Shown here piece by piece: positions 55,807-64,000 of a stretch of 64,000 bases of DNA (positions are counted from its first letter, which is position 1; the number at the start of each line of letters is the position of its first letter). The position numbers were made by a program, and so were the translations under genes. Below the pieces are notes generated by a model that ran no database searches, was not told the origin of the DNA, and was given only the letters and a program-made list of their open reading frames with translations. The DNA is from Gammaproteobacteria bacterium (GTDB lineage Bacteria; Pseudomonadota; Gammaproteobacteria; SG8-11). The stretch lies in NCBI GenBank assembly GCA_031363085.1, contig JANLTU010000203.1:5544-69543 (forward strand), read 5' to 3'.

Positions 55807-55954
55807 GAATGAGCGAGCGTCACATTATGCGAGGGAGCCATCTTCTTACAATTTACCGGTGGCTTCAATGACTCAGGTTTTAGCGCATTTGTCCGATGAT
55901 TCAATTGCACGCATCCCCCTGCGCGCGGGGAGCCTTGAGAAGCGGAAACTGAAG

Positions 55955-56377
55955 ATGAGTCAACACCACAGACTGATGGTCCTGGGCCTGTGCGCAATGT
56001 TAACGTGCGCCGGGGCACAAGCGGAGCTGTATCGATGGAAAGACCGCGACGGTAAAACCATTTTCAGCGACCGGCCGCCGCTCGATACCCAGAAAAATGT
56101 CTCTACCGAACCCGGTGGAAAAGCCTCGAAAAACGGCGCATCGGGTGAAAAAGCCGAAGACCTGCGCAGCGCACTGCAACGCGAAGCCGCCAAAAAAAAG
56201 AAGGTGCAGGATGACGATCAAAAGCTGATCAAGTGGCGCTGTGCCGAGCTCGACAAAGAGTACCAAGCCTTGTTAGTCGCCTATGACGAGCTGGTAAAAA
56301 CCGACGCTAAAAAAGCTGCTGTTTTGAAAATTGACGCGGACAATCATAAAGACACGCTCGACAAAATGTGCCCATAG
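55955..56377 (+). CDS. DUF4124 domain-containing exported protein
   Basis: ATG 55955. Signal peptide MSQHHRLMVLGLCAMLTCAGAQA, then ELYRWKDRDGKTIFSDRPP. Confidence 0.75.
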   Translation: MSQHHRLMVLGLCAMLTCAGAQAELYRWKDRDGKTIFSDRPPLDTQKNVSTEPGGKASKNGASGEKAEDLRSALQREAAKKKKVQDDDQKLIKWRCAELDKEYQALLVAYDELVKTDAKKAAVLKIDADNHKDTLDKMCP

Positions 56378-56396
56378 ACTTTTGTTCATTGCGCGT

Positions 56397-57107
56397 CTAT
56401 TCACCTAGATACGCGTGCCGAACCTGTGCATTGGTCAGCAGTTTTGCAGCAGCATCGGTCAACGCAATCACACCGCTTTCCATCACGTAACCGCGTTGGC
56501 TGATGGTCAGCGCGCGCTTGGCATTTTGCTCCACCAACAAAATCGTCACGCCGTCGTGTGCGATGGCGCGGATGGTGTCGAAAATCTTTTCGACCAGCAG
56601 CGGCGCCAGACCCATGCTGGGTTCGTCCAGCAGCAGCAGCCGGGGGCGACTCATCAGCGCGCGTCCCATCGCCAGCATTTGCTGCTCACCGCCGGACAAG
56701 GTGCCAGCTTGTTGCATGCGGCGTTCGGCGAGGCGCGGAAACAACCCAAACACGCGTTCCAGATCACTCTTGATGCCGGCCGGGTCGTTGCGCGTGTACG
56801 CACCCATGTCGAGATTTTCCGCGACGCTCATGCGCCCGAAAATACCGCGCCCTTCCGGTACCAAGGCAAGGCCCAAGCGCGCGATCACGTGCGCGGGTTG
56901 ATGGGTGATGGCCTGCCCGTCGTAAAGCACCGACCCGTGTGCCGCCGGCAGCAACCCGCACAGCGCCTTGAGCAGCGTGGATTTGCCGGCACCGTTGGCC
57001 CCGATCAAGCACACCAGCTCGCCGCGCTGCACGTGTAGATCCACGCCTTTCACGGCGTTGATGCCACCGTACGAAACGGAGAATTGTTTGAGTTCGAGCA
57101 GGTTCAG
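56397..57107 (-). CDS. livF: Branched-chain amino acid ABC transporter ATP-binding protein LivF (start uncertain)
   Basis: GANGAGKSTLL, LSGGEQQMLA, LLLLDEP. LivF-like sequence (LNLLELKQFSVSYGGINAV) continues upstream of the tracked GTG (57053), up to a CTG overlapping the livG stop. Confidence 0.8.
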   Translation of the reverse strand: MNLLELKQFSVSYGGINAVKGVDLHVQRGELVCLIGANGAGKSTLLKALCGLLPAAHGSVLYDGQAITHQPAHVIARLGLALVPEGRGIFGRMSVAENLDMGAYTRNDPAGIKSDLERVFGLFPRLAERRMQQAGTLSGGEQQMLAMGRALMSRPRLLLLDEPSMGLAPLLVEKIFDTIRAIAHDGVTILLVEQNAKRALTISQRGYVMESGVIALTDAAAKLLTNAQVRHAYLGE

Positions 57108-57871
57108 GCGACGGCTCCACCCAGATAGGCTGCGATCACGCGCGGGTCGGTGCGCACCTGTGCCGGCGCGCCTTCGGCGATTTTTTTACCATAGTCAAGC
57201 ACCGCCACCCGATCACATAAACCCATCACCAGTTTGACGTCGTGTTCGATCAGCAGCAGTGTCACGCCCAACTCGCTGCGCAGGCGTTGCAGCAACTGCG
57301 TGAGCGCGACGCGTTCGCTGGGGTTCATGCCGGCGGCGGGTTCATCCAGCGCCAGCAGTTTGGGCTCGGTGGCCAAGGCGCGCGCGATTTCCAGGCGCCG
57401 CTGGTCGCCGTACGACAAATGCTTGGCGAGCGCCTGCGCCTGCGTACGGATACCGACCACGTCGAGCAGCGCGTGCGCGCGCTTACGCATCGCAGCTTCT
57501 TCTTCGCACCCGCGCGGCGAGCGGGTAATCGCACCCCACACGCCGGTACGGGTACGGCAATGTCGCCCGACCATGACATTTTCCAGCGCGGTCATGTTGG
57601 CGAACAGACGGATGTTCTGAAAAGTGCGCGCCAAGCCTAAATGCACAATCGCGTGCGGTTTGTGCACCAGCAAGCTCTGGCCGTCGAAACACACCTGTCC
57701 GCCGCTTGCCGTGTACAGCCCGGTGAGCACGTTAAACAAGGTGGTTTTGCCAGCGCCGTTGGGGCCGATCAAGCCGAAAATTTCGCCGCTATTGACGCTC
57801 AGCGATACATCGCTCAGCGCCGCCAGCCCGCCGAAAGCTTTGTCAATATGTGTGGCGACCAGCAGCGTCAT
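57104..57871 (-). CDS. livG: Branched-chain amino acid ABC transporter ATP-binding protein LivG
   Basis: GPNGAGKTTLFN, LSYGDQRRLEIA, LLALDEPAAG. Confidence 0.9.
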   Translation of the reverse strand: MTLLVATHIDKAFGGLAALSDVSLSVNSGEIFGLIGPNGAGKTTLFNVLTGLYTASGGQVCFDGQSLLVHKPHAIVHLGLARTFQNIRLFANMTALENVMVGRHCRTRTGVWGAITRSPRGCEEEAAMRKRAHALLDVVGIRTQAQALAKHLSYGDQRRLEIARALATEPKLLALDEPAAGMNPSERVALTQLLQRLRSELGVTLLLIEHDVKLVMGLCDRVAVLDYGKKIAEGAPAQVRTDPRVIAAYLGGAVA

Positions 57872-58998
57872 TTGCTGGCGTCGTAAACGCTGGCGCGTTC
57901 TTGTTCGAGCACACTGTCGTCGGCGTTGAATTCGCGTGCACGACGCTTGGACGGCAGCAAGCCTTCCGGGCGCAGAATCATCATCGCCACCAGCGCGAGA
58001 CCGAAAATCAGCATGCGCAAATCGCTTGGCTCGACCAGCACGCGCCCGAACAATACGCGTTCCAGTTCACCGATGTAGCGCAGCGCCTCCGGCAACACCG
58101 TCAGCAACACGGCACCCAGAATCACGCCGGGCAGGTTGCCCATGCCGCCGAGCACGATCATGCACAGGATCATGATGGATTCGAGCAGGTTGAAACTCTC
58201 AGGACTGACGAAGCCCTGAAATCCGGCGAATAACCCGCCGCTTAAACCGGCGAATGATGCGCCCATCGCGAACGCCAGCAGTTTGATGTTGCGCGTGTTG
58301 ATGCCCATTGCGGCGGCCGCCACCTCGTCTTCGCGGATTGCGATCCAGGCGCGCCCGATGCGCGAATCCTGTAAGCGCAGGCAGACAAAAATGGTCAGCA
58401 AGGTGAGCGCCAGGAACACGTAATACAGCAACGTGCCGCCAGTAAATGTCATCCCCAACAGCACTTGGGTTTGATTCAAACTGAATTCGCCGATGCGCAA
58501 CGGGTCGATCAAATTGACACCCTGCGGGCCGTTGGTGATGTTGACCGGCGCGTTGAGATTGTTCAGAAAAATGCGGATGATTTCGCCGAATCCCAAGGTG
58601 ACGATGGCGAGATAATCACCGCGCAAACGCAGCGTTGGCGCGCCCAGTAACACACCGAAAAATGCTGCGACCAGCGCCCCCAATGGCAGCGTCACCCAGA
58701 ATGGCAGATGCAACCCGAAATGCGGCGACGACAACAGCGCGTAGACGTAGGCACCCACCGCATAAAACGCGATGTAGCCCAAGTCGAGCAGCCCGGCATA
58801 ACCGACCACGATGTTGAGCCCCAGCGCCAGCATCACATACAGCAGCGTAAAGTTCAGCACGCGCACCCAGGCACGCCCCAAACCCACGTCCACCAGCAAC
58901 GGCAGCACCGCTAACACCACGCCCAGCGCGACCAACGCAATCCACGCGGCGCGGCGGTCGTTCTTAAGACGTGACCAAAGAAGACCGAACGAAGCCAC
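57868..58998 (-). CDS. livM: Branched-chain amino acid ABC transporter permease LivM
   Basis: 376 aa, polytopic. LNIVVGYAGLLDLGYIAFYAVGAY is typical of LivM. Confidence 0.85.
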   Translation of the reverse strand: MASFGLLWSRLKNDRRAAWIALVALGVVLAVLPLLVDVGLGRAWVRVLNFTLLYVMLALGLNIVVGYAGLLDLGYIAFYAVGAYVYALLSSPHFGLHLPFWVTLPLGALVAAFFGVLLGAPTLRLRGDYLAIVTLGFGEIIRIFLNNLNAPVNITNGPQGVNLIDPLRIGEFSLNQTQVLLGMTFTGGTLLYYVFLALTLLTIFVCLRLQDSRIGRAWIAIREDEVAAAAMGINTRNIKLLAFAMGASFAGLSGGLFAGFQGFVSPESFNLLESIMILCMIVLGGMGNLPGVILGAVLLTVLPEALRYIGELERVLFGRVLVEPSDLRMLIFGLALVAMMILRPEGLLPSKRRAREFNADDSVLEQERASVYDASK

Positions 58999-59191
58999 TT
59001 ACATGGTTCCTTGCAAGCGTGAAAAAATGATCGGCATGAAAGTTTAAGCCAGAAAAATAACCATAGCAGATTCGCTCCCGGCAGGTAGTTATTCAAATAA
59101 CGTCGGCTCAACGGGGTGTAACGCTAACGCGTGTGGCGCTGGCCAAAGGGCAGGGACCGGAGGCGGCGCAAGCGTGGTTAGGCACTGCCGA

Positions 59192-59662
59192 CTAGACCCG
59201 TTTAAATCGTCCACGCGCGCCTGCGTTCGCATTGACCGCTTCGACCACCCGTCCCACTTTGCCGAGCCCGAACAGCGGCATGTTGTGGTAGATGCATTCA
59301 TAATTTCCGGGTGCAATTTGGTAGGTCTCGTGCCAGATGCCGACATCAGCGCTGCTGCCGATGCGTTTGTTGAATGCTGTCCACGCCGGCAGATGCGCCT
59401 GATCGCGATTCTTGGCATAACGCTCCAACGCATCGAACGATTCCCAGTATTGAACCATGAGGGTGGTCCGACCAAACCACATCTCGCTCGACAGGTAGCC
59501 CGAGGATTTGTCGGCCGCGAGTTCTTTGAGCATGCGCGGCATTGCCATCGCCACCGGCCACCACTGGTGGATTTTCCAGAAGCGGTTGATACGCATGCCG
59601 ATCAGAAACACCACGATGGGTTTATCGATGAGTGCCGTCACGCGTTGGTTGATTACTGTCAT
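59192..59662 (-). CDS. DUF4188 domain-containing protein
   Basis: ATG 59662. MTVINQRVTALIDKPIVVFLIGMRINRFWKIHQWWPVAMAMPRMLKEL...VQYWESFDALERYA. Confidence 0.7.
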   Translation of the reverse strand: MTVINQRVTALIDKPIVVFLIGMRINRFWKIHQWWPVAMAMPRMLKELAADKSSGYLSSEMWFGRTTLMVQYWESFDALERYAKNRDQAHLPAWTAFNKRIGSSADVGIWHETYQIAPGNYECIYHNMPLFGLGKVGRVVEAVNANAGARGRFKRV

Positions 59663-60022
59663 GCTACGGCCCCGTGGTTTGAAACTAGCCGCTTGTCGGC
59701 CATGCTGTGGCAGACGCAGGGTCGCCGTATGTCTATCGATAAGCGCCCGCAGGGTGGGGTGACTATCGCGATCCACAACGGTGAAATGTTGCTGAGGCTG
59801 CGACAGGTTCATCAGCACGGTGCGGGCGGTGTCAAATTGTGGCCGAGTGCGAAACAGCCGTCTGAAATTCTCGCGGCCAATATCGCGGAATCAAACACGA
59901 CAGTCAACGCCTTAACAGAAGTCTTGTCGTACAAGACTTCTAGCGCGGCGTCGATTTATTCAGGCGGTTCGGGCTGAGCCTGTCGAAGCCGCTGCTCACC
60001 GGTCGATTTGCAGGAAACACAT

Positions 60023-62491
60023 TTAAGCCAGATGAACCCAACTTGCCACCGAGGGCACCCCTGGTTGATTTACGATGAACAGCATGTACCAACCGGGCGG
60101 TGCCAGGTTGGGGTTGTTGGTGATGCGCGCCTGGATCGATCCAGTTGCTTGGGAAACGATGTCTAAATCTACCAGACGTTGACCGCTGTCGAAGGAATGT
60201 GTAGTCACGCAGGGCCTGAGCAAGCTTACCCACCGAATCGTGCCGGCGGCGGGTGAACTGATGGTGACGAGTTGATTGTAGTTCCACTGCTCGAGCACTG
60301 CTGTGATGACCGGGCGCGGGCCTTTGAACAGATAGGGTGGGCTGAATATTTCAAGACGCATTTCTTCGTTGGGATCAGGCGGCTCCCACGCGACCGCTTG
60401 TCCGCCTTCGGGATTGCCGCCGGCGGCAGCCACACGCCCGTCGGGCAGCAACACGGCGGTCGAGTGATACAGCCGCGCGACGCTGGCCGTGGCCATCAGG
60501 CGCCAAGTGTTGGTCGCTGGATCGTAGAGCTCGGCTTGGCGTCTGGCCAACGGTGCGTCTTCTTGTTTTAGCGAACCGCCCGACACGAACACGGTATGAT
60601 CGGGCAACAACACCGCATTCAAATGCAGTCGTGCCAAACACAGCGCGGGACCTTCAACGTAAACCGGATTCGGCGCATTCAGATCCACGATGCTGACCTT
60701 ATCGGTGGCATCGCGCTTGTCGGGTTTACCGACCGGTCCGCCGCCGATTACCATCACGCGCTGCGCCTGCGCCGGGGGCAACAGCACGCTCGCGGATTGA
60801 TTACGAAAATCCGGTTCGAGTAGATCCGGCACGGCATGCGTCTGCGCCGGATTGGGCGCAAGATTGATGATGCACGGCGCCGTCGGTCGCGCATCGTCCA
60901 TACGTCCGCCGGAAAAAAACACGCGGCCGTCTTTGAGCAGAAACAAATGCGCGTACAACGGCAGGCCCTGAAAATTGGCTGGATTGCCGCCGATGTGTTG
61001 CAGCTTCCAGGTGTTGTTGGCGGGCGAAAAAATTTCCAGCGTTTCATTCAACGCATTGCCCGCTTCCGTCAAGCCGCTGGCCGCCAGCACGCGGCCGTCG
61101 GCCAGAGCAATCAGCGTGGGATACCAGCGGCCATGCGCCATGGCGGCGGTAAACGACCAAGTTTGCGTAGCGGGATCGAAAATCACGCAGTCCTTGCGCC
61201 CCAGAAACATGGGGTTGTCCTTGTACAGCAAGGTGCCACCCGCGACCAGCAAGCGGCCGTCAGGCAAAAATTCATGTCCGGCACAGAAAAAATCGAAAGG
61301 TTTGCCGTTTGCGGTACGCAGCGTCTTGGGTTCAAAAAAGTTGGCCTTGCCCACCGCAGGTGCAGTGGAGTCCCAGACGGCGCTGAGGTAGACATTTTTG
61401 GCTTCATTGCCGAAGTTGGGGCTTTCGAAGCGTTTACGACTGCTGCCGGAACCGGCAAAAAACAACACCTTCCCTTTGGGTAAAACCGCGCTGTGCACCG
61501 CCAGCACATCGGAATGAAAGCCTTGCACATCCCAATGGCCGTACTGCCCTGGATCCTGCTGCAGGTCGAGCACTTGATAGAAGCCGGCATTTTGTTGCGG
61601 CGGATTATCCACCATCATTGTGAACAACTTCGGCTTGCCGTTGAGCGTCGCCACCGCAATGCCGCCGCCTTGGTTCTCCCATGAAAACCAATGTGGCACG
61701 CCGAACCAATCGCTCCAGCTATTGGCGACGCCATTGGCGTCGAGGTTCTTGCCGATGCGGAAGAATGCTTGGTTTTGATCGTTGGGCGCGTTGTCGACAT
61801 GAAACACGATCAGGTCGGTGCTGCCATTGTTGTCGAGATCGGCTACCGCAATGCCGGCGCCCTGGTTTTCCCATGGAAACCAGTCCGGTACATCCACCCA
61901 GGGAGTCCAGCCGCCGGTCACATTTCCTAATGCATTCAGTTTGCGGCCGATACGATACACACCGCGATTCACTCCCGGCGGATTGTCGATCATAAACACG
62001 AACAAGTCGCAGCGGCCTTGCGCATCGGGTTTGCCCAGCGTAATCGCCGCGTCTTGGTTTTCCCATGAAAACCACTCAGGCACATCCACCCACTGCGTCC
62101 AGCCGCCGGTGACATTGCCGGCGGCATCCAGCTTGCGGCCGACGCGAAACACACCACGATTTTCGTTGGGCTTGCTGTCGATCATGAAGATCACCAGATC
62201 TTGCTGGCCATCGTGATCCAGATCGGCAACCGCGATACCTGCGCCCTGGTTCTCTGCGGAAAACCAATCCGGCACATCGATCCACGGCGTCCAGCCGCCG
62301 GTGACTGCGCCCTCGGCGGATAACGTTTTACCGATCCGATACACACCCCGGTTGGGTCCGGCGGGGTTATCGGCCATGAGCACGAACAGATCGAGCGAGT
62401 TGTTATTTGCGAGACTCGCAACTGCGATATCGGCACCTTGGTTATCCCAAGAAAACCACTCTGGAATCGGTAGGAACTCGTTGGCAGGCAT
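60023..62491 (-). CDS. Five FG-GAP/VCBS-like repeats fused to a glyoxal/galactose oxidase-like copper radical oxidase (kelch propeller + DUF1929)
   Basis: Five ~68-aa repeats (VP[DE]WFSWENQGAGIAVADLD...DLVVF.VDN...NRGVYRIG..L...GNVTGGWT). Then FFCAGHEF, GRWYPT, RLYHSTAVLLPDGRV and CVTTHSF (Cys/Tyr/Tyr-His/His ligand contexts), with a C-terminal E-set domain. AGGGAGAG RBS. No signal peptide. Confidence 0.75.
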   Translation of the reverse strand: MPANEFLPIPEWFSWDNQGADIAVASLANNNSLDLFVLMADNPAGPNRGVYRIGKTLSAEGAVTGGWTPWIDVPDWFSAENQGAGIAVADLDHDGQQDLVIFMIDSKPNENRGVFRVGRKLDAAGNVTGGWTQWVDVPEWFSWENQDAAITLGKPDAQGRCDLFVFMIDNPPGVNRGVYRIGRKLNALGNVTGGWTPWVDVPDWFPWENQGAGIAVADLDNNGSTDLIVFHVDNAPNDQNQAFFRIGKNLDANGVANSWSDWFGVPHWFSWENQGGGIAVATLNGKPKLFTMMVDNPPQQNAGFYQVLDLQQDPGQYGHWDVQGFHSDVLAVHSAVLPKGKVLFFAGSGSSRKRFESPNFGNEAKNVYLSAVWDSTAPAVGKANFFEPKTLRTANGKPFDFFCAGHEFLPDGRLLVAGGTLLYKDNPMFLGRKDCVIFDPATQTWSFTAAMAHGRWYPTLIALADGRVLAASGLTEAGNALNETLEIFSPANNTWKLQHIGGNPANFQGLPLYAHLFLLKDGRVFFSGGRMDDARPTAPCIINLAPNPAQTHAVPDLLEPDFRNQSASVLLPPAQAQRVMVIGGGPVGKPDKRDATDKVSIVDLNAPNPVYVEGPALCLARLHLNAVLLPDHTVFVSGGSLKQEDAPLARRQAELYDPATNTWRLMATASVARLYHSTAVLLPDGRVAAAGGNPEGGQAVAWEPPDPNEEMRLEIFSPPYLFKGPRPVITAVLEQWNYNQLVTISSPAAGTIRWVSLLRPCVTTHSFDSGQRLVDLDIVSQATGSIQARITNNPNLAPPGWYMLFIVNQPGVPSVASWVHLA

Positions 62492-62802
62492 CGTGGCTCT
62501 CCCTGTAGTTGTCGGAATGGCGGGTTGAAGCGCACTTCCCTACAGCAGCGCTGTCACTTGCACGGCGACCGTAGCAATTTGGACGTCACTTTACAATTCG
62601 TGAAAATGCCTGTTGTCGGGAGTGTTCGTTGTGGGTGTGTCACGTAGGTTTCGGTCGTGTCGTTCTGGTATTACACTCTCGACAAATACGCATGATGACC
62701 GCGCGGACTTATAGTAAGAGCCTCACCCGGAGGACATATAGTTAATGCTTTCTTGACAGTACGGTGCTCACTCGTATCAATTGGAGTCCGACCCCATTTT
62801 AT

Positions 62803-63777
62803 ATGAAAGCGATACGACATCACAGTTTTGGTCAGCCCTCGGTGCTGCGCTACGAAGAGGTCGAAAGCCCGGCGCCCGGTGTGGGCGAGGTGCGGCTACA
62901 GGTTGAGTTTGCGGCGGTCAATCATTTCGACATCCTGTCGCGACGCGGGATTTTTCCCAATTTGCCGCTGCCGCGCATTGTCGGTTTCGACTGCGTGGCG
63001 ACCGTGATTGAAACTCGCGTAGCACGGCTTGCGCTGGGGCAGCGTGTCGTGGTGCTGGGTCACCGGCTGGGCAACGGTGGCCCCGGCGCGTATGCGGAGC
63101 AAGTCACGATCAGCGCCGAAGAAGTGTTTTTGGTGCCGGAAGATATCGACAGCGAGCAGGTGGTGGGGTTGGGTATTTCTTATGTGGCCGCGCTCTATGC
63201 GCTGGAGCGACATTTGAAACCGCTGCCGGGCGAAACGGTGTTGATTCCCGGCGCCAGCGGCGGAGTCGGCAGCGCTGCGGTGCAGCTTGCGAAACTGCTG
63301 GGGGCAACCGTGCTTGCGACCACCAGCACGCCGGAAAAAGCCGTGCGCCTGAAAGCGCTGGGTGCTTATGTGGCGCTTAACTACAGCGGCTGCGATGTCG
63401 CGACGGAAATTAAAAAACTGACCGATGCGCGCGGTGTGGATGCCTGTCTCAACGCGGTGGGCGGCGAGAGCGTGCAACAGAGTCTGCATTGCCTGCGGCG
63501 TGGCGGGCGCATGGTGCTGTTGGGCAGCGCTGCCGGTCGACATGTGAGCATCGACATCTTCGACTTTCTGTTACGTGAACTGAGTCTGTCGGGCGCCACC
63601 GTCGGCAAGCTTGCGCCCACCGAGCGGTATCAATATTTCCTGCGCCTGTGCGACTGGATCCGACAGGGCAAGCTGCACGTCATTGTGGATCGCGTGTTCC
63701 CGCTGGCGGACTGCGTTGCCTGCCACGAATATGTCGAGCAACACGCCCAGTTTGGTAAGGTGCTGTTAAAACCCTGA
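62803..63777 (+). CDS. Zinc-type alcohol dehydrogenase-like NADPH:quinone oxidoreductase (MDR family)
   Basis: ATG 62803. MKAIRHHSFGQPSVLRYEEV and GASGGVGSAAVQLAKLLGA (Rossmann). Confidence 0.85.
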   Translation: MKAIRHHSFGQPSVLRYEEVESPAPGVGEVRLQVEFAAVNHFDILSRRGIFPNLPLPRIVGFDCVATVIETRVARLALGQRVVVLGHRLGNGGPGAYAEQVTISAEEVFLVPEDIDSEQVVGLGISYVAALYALERHLKPLPGETVLIPGASGGVGSAAVQLAKLLGATVLATTSTPEKAVRLKALGAYVALNYSGCDVATEIKKLTDARGVDACLNAVGGESVQQSLHCLRRGGRMVLLGSAAGRHVSIDIFDFLLRELSLSGATVGKLAPTERYQYFLRLCDWIRQGKLHVIVDRVFPLADCVACHEYVEQHAQFGKVLLKP

Positions 63778-64000
63778 AGTTGCTTCAATGCGCGCGCTAC
63801 ATGCTAATCAATTGCGGTTTCTAGTTCTAGTATCAAGTCGGGCGTAATTTTTCCGATAGTTCTCTCTGCAAGTGCTGATGCTCCAGCGCGTCGTTTAAGC
63901 GCGCGTCGGCAGCATGAGCATTTGCGTAATAACGCAGGGAATAGCGCAGAGATGTAACACATCGTTACATTTAATGGGATGCGTGCGTATTGCACTTTTT

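Noticed and set aside
62753-62780. TTGACA-N16-TATCAA upstream of the quinone oxidoreductase gene
   Set aside because: The hexamers are reasonable, but the predicted transcription start would fall at or after the GGAG ribosome-binding site (62783-62786). It is inconsistent unless the mRNA is leaderless.
63804-63995. 63-aa minus-strand ORF at the window edge
   Set aside because: The frame is open to the end of the window, so it may be the tail of a longer gene. The visible part is Cys/Arg-rich with no motif, so it cannot be supported.

Overview
64-kb segment of a GC-rich (about 60% by eye) proteobacterial chromosome. All functional calls come from reading motifs and family signatures in the translated ORFs. 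No searches were run.

Layout, left to right:
(1) A nitrate-assimilation locus with an unusual extra module: Rieske-type nirD, a second NasA-type molybdoenzyme, a DmsB-like 4x[4Fe-4S] protein fused to a DmsC-like 8-helix membrane anchor, then nasA.
(2) An eroded STAND-ATPase/TPR gene pair, nhaD, and a lipoprotein plus an HExxH metalloprotease with an exosortase-style C-terminal tail.
(3) Four nucleotide-sugar genes: UDP-GlcA 4-epimerase-like, TviB/WbpO-like dehydrogenase, ugd and galE.
(4) A PA2779/PA2778-type pair, a metallophosphoesterase and a CarS-like (DUF46) membrane protein.
(5) A REC-GGDEF-EAL regulator followed by a ~15-kb exosortase A (XrtA)/PEP-CTERM exopolysaccharide locus of 12 co-directional genes.
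(6) An ~8-kb integrative element in tRNA-Val(CAC), bounded by 45-bp direct repeats. It carries an integrase, an AlpA-like excisionase, an AAA_25 RepA-like ATPase with an adjacent iteron array, a terS-like gene, a terL broken by one in-frame TAA, and a GNAT toxin pair.
(7) A decayed stretch between tRNA-Val and tRNA-Thr: an IS3 fragment abutting a truncated hsdM, two MITE/REPIN copies, an orphan frameshifted Rhs-CT toxin with an intact translationally coupled immunity gene, REP hairpins with a RAYT stub, and a vapC stub.
(8) Housekeeping and miscellaneous genes: SPOR, coaX, birA, fused MFS/spermidine synthase, HAMP adenylate cyclase, DUF4124, livMGF without livH/K, DUF4188, a leaderless FG-GAP-repeat::copper-radical-oxidase fusion, and a quinone oxidoreductase.

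The XrtA locus is a described system. The candidates I could not place in any described system are:
- the membrane-wired second NasA-type enzyme module (155-7350);
- the tRNA-Val element with its iteron origin and non-canonical GNAT toxin partner;
- the GEID-type sorting-tail metalloprotease;
- the FG-GAP/oxidase fusion.
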